DNA from: Lingula anatina
Taxonomy: Eukaryota > Animalia > Brachiopoda
Reading direction: 5' to 3'
Assembly: GCA_051362555.1 (NCBI GenBank)
Contig: CM120642.1
Coordinates: 17,794,001-17,858,000 of the forward strand
DNA: 64,000 nt
Shown here: positions 62,306 to 64,000 of the stretch, one piece after another
How the letters are laid out: each line of letters opens with the position of its first letter
Numbering within the stretch: position 1 is the stretch's first letter
Position numbers and translations under genes: made by a program
The notes under the pieces: generated by a model
The model's input: the letters and a program-made list of their open reading frames with translations, nothing else
Told to the model about the DNA's origin: nothing
Database searches by the model: none

Positions 62306-62589
62306 AGACCCGATTCCCATAGACACATTCTGTATACATGGATCAACCCAACTCTGCAAAGACTCTTGCCAAGTGCAATAACCTTACCTGAATAACATGC
62401 CTCCTCTTGTTTCCAATATGAACTTTATAATCACCAGCTCATGTGTATTCTCCCTAATGCAAGGAGGAGGTGTAGTTTAGTTAAGTTAGCATCTAGCATT
62501 TAGTTAAGCTGATTGCAGTCAGCGAGAGTCCCTGCAGATCGAGTTGGGTCAATCCTTGTAGACAAATGGCATCTATGGGAATGGGGCCC
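62306..62589. mobile_element. MITE family D2
   Basis: ATTCCCATAGAC..TCTATGGGAATGGGGCC termini; shares AGTTAAGCTGATTGCA and GAGTCCC with 52464. Confidence 0.75.
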
Positions 62590-64000
62590 ATCACTCAAGA
62601 CAATGATAAATAACTTATTATTCCTAATTGGGTTATGTAATGCTGATGGAACTACTTACTAGTAGTTTATGTAATAGTTGTTACAGTAGCTTGATTGAAG
62701 CAGGTATGGCATTTGCCTCTTGGAATATGCTAATATTTATTGATGATCCTGGACCCAAGGTAGTGGTCAGGCCCTTGGTAGGAGAGGATATATTTTATGA
62801 TGCCTTTATTTTCTCTATTAGACATATTTTGTTACATATTTGGCATTTATTTTGAATGAAATGAATTGATCCTTCATAAAAATTACTCTGTTATACATCC
62901 AGATAAACTTATTATATATTCTAGGAGAGTATCATGCTTTGTCTCGACATTAATCAGAATTATACATATCAGGGGAAACCAATATCAATTAAGCATGCTG
63001 ATTGTCTGTGAATATACTTTTGCCTTTGGAACATTTTCACCCACTAATGTTCATCTACCACTTCAGACTGAGTGGTTTAACGCCATCTAACTACTTGTAA
63101 TCCTGTTCTAATAGCTTGTAATTGAGGCGGGAAAGATTAAACATATTGATCTTCAAGGAAAATCCGACCAAGTTTTAAAGGTCAGAGGGTTTTTGTAGGC
63201 ATTCTTATATTGTCTCTCAGTGATATGTGTTATTCACTGGAGGTGAAGTTAATGCTGGTTTATAAAAACTTTGTAAAATGTCAAAGATGTTCCGTGGTAG
63301 CATAACCAAGTGAAGTGTATTTGCCAAACTATCATTGGTTTGGTGAGAAAACCACACACTTTTTATATATCAATTCCAGTCAACGCTGAGTTTCAAAGCA
63401 TGAAGGTGACTCCCCCTCCACTCATTAGACATATTTTACATTTCTAGTCTGTGTGGTAGTGATAAAAAAAAATTGCTGAAAAGACATAGACATTCAGAGT
63501 GCCCAGAAAAGTAATTTTATGAATTATATTAATAATTCCAGCTTTTTAATACCTTGGCAAATTCATACATAATCACTGGTAGAAACAGTTGGTAATGGAA
63601 ATTATAATCTGAGGCAGTATTGGATTAAACATGAGAATAGTCCTTCAGTACATGTCATGTGGCCGTTTTATATTAGATAAAATAGGATGTGTAAAATCTG
63701 AACTGATTTAGGCCCATGGGACATTGCTGTCTGTTTATTTTGATTTTACAGTGATTTTGACACACAGTCCTTTGTGAAGACTGCAGGATTCTTTGGATGT
63801 GGAAATAAGTATTAGTTAATATTCATTAGTAGCTTATCAACCTGAATTATTATTTTTAACGATGGCTGATGGCGTCACTTGGATCCTTACCAGCTCAAGC
63901 TTTTTTTTGTCTCACCACACCTGTATGAAGTCTATAATTTTTCTATGAAGGCCAAACACAGAGGAAATTTGGCAGCTAGACCAGAAAGCCGATTGATCAC

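Larger units (their letters stand above)
54480..63810 (+). other. Unidentified spliced transcript (5'UTR exons of a gene continuing beyond the window, or a lncRNA). Candidate exons ..54506, 61098..61217, 61793..61867, 63752..
   Basis: Strong polypyrimidine-CAG acceptors paired with gtaata/gtaagt donors; no long ORF. Confidence 0.4.

Noticed and set aside
54507-64000. Intronic C/D snoRNAs in the non-coding transcript
   Set aside because: I could not identify a convincing TGATGA...CTGA pair with a terminal stem by eye.

Overview
AT-rich, intron-containing animal genomic DNA, probably a marine invertebrate; the taxon cannot be determined from the sequence. I reconstructed four complete protein-coding genes by hand, each with GT-AG introns and consistent reading phase. 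(1, 2) A tandem pair of SLC22 (MFS) transporters on + (1415-7496, ~578 aa; 9384-15710, ~573 aa), both with an OAT/OCTN-type Arg in TM11. (3) A convergent SLC6 Na+/Cl- amino-acid transporter on - (37673-18478, ~624 aa), PROT/GlyT branch, whose probable first coding micro-exon lies 11.4 kb upstream. (4) GCNA/ACRC (SprT metalloprotease, Zn finger, HMG-like tail) on - (53099-42957, ~1637 aa). An unidentified, apparently non-coding or 5'UTR spliced transcript runs on + from a probable bidirectional promoter at about 54.3-54.5 kb. Introns and UTRs hold many short non-autonomous DNA transposons. The most unusual item is the GCNA gene: its N-terminal module (helical micro-exon, Lys-rich segment, ~600-aa acidic exon) is duplicated in tandem and contains hidden 20-22-aa repeats. 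Also notable are a nearly perfect 424-bp foldback element with an 8-bp TSD and CAGG..CCTG MITEs with 5-bp TSDs. I found no prokaryotic, CRISPR, rRNA or tRNA features, and nothing I can honestly call a wholly new system beyond these candidates.
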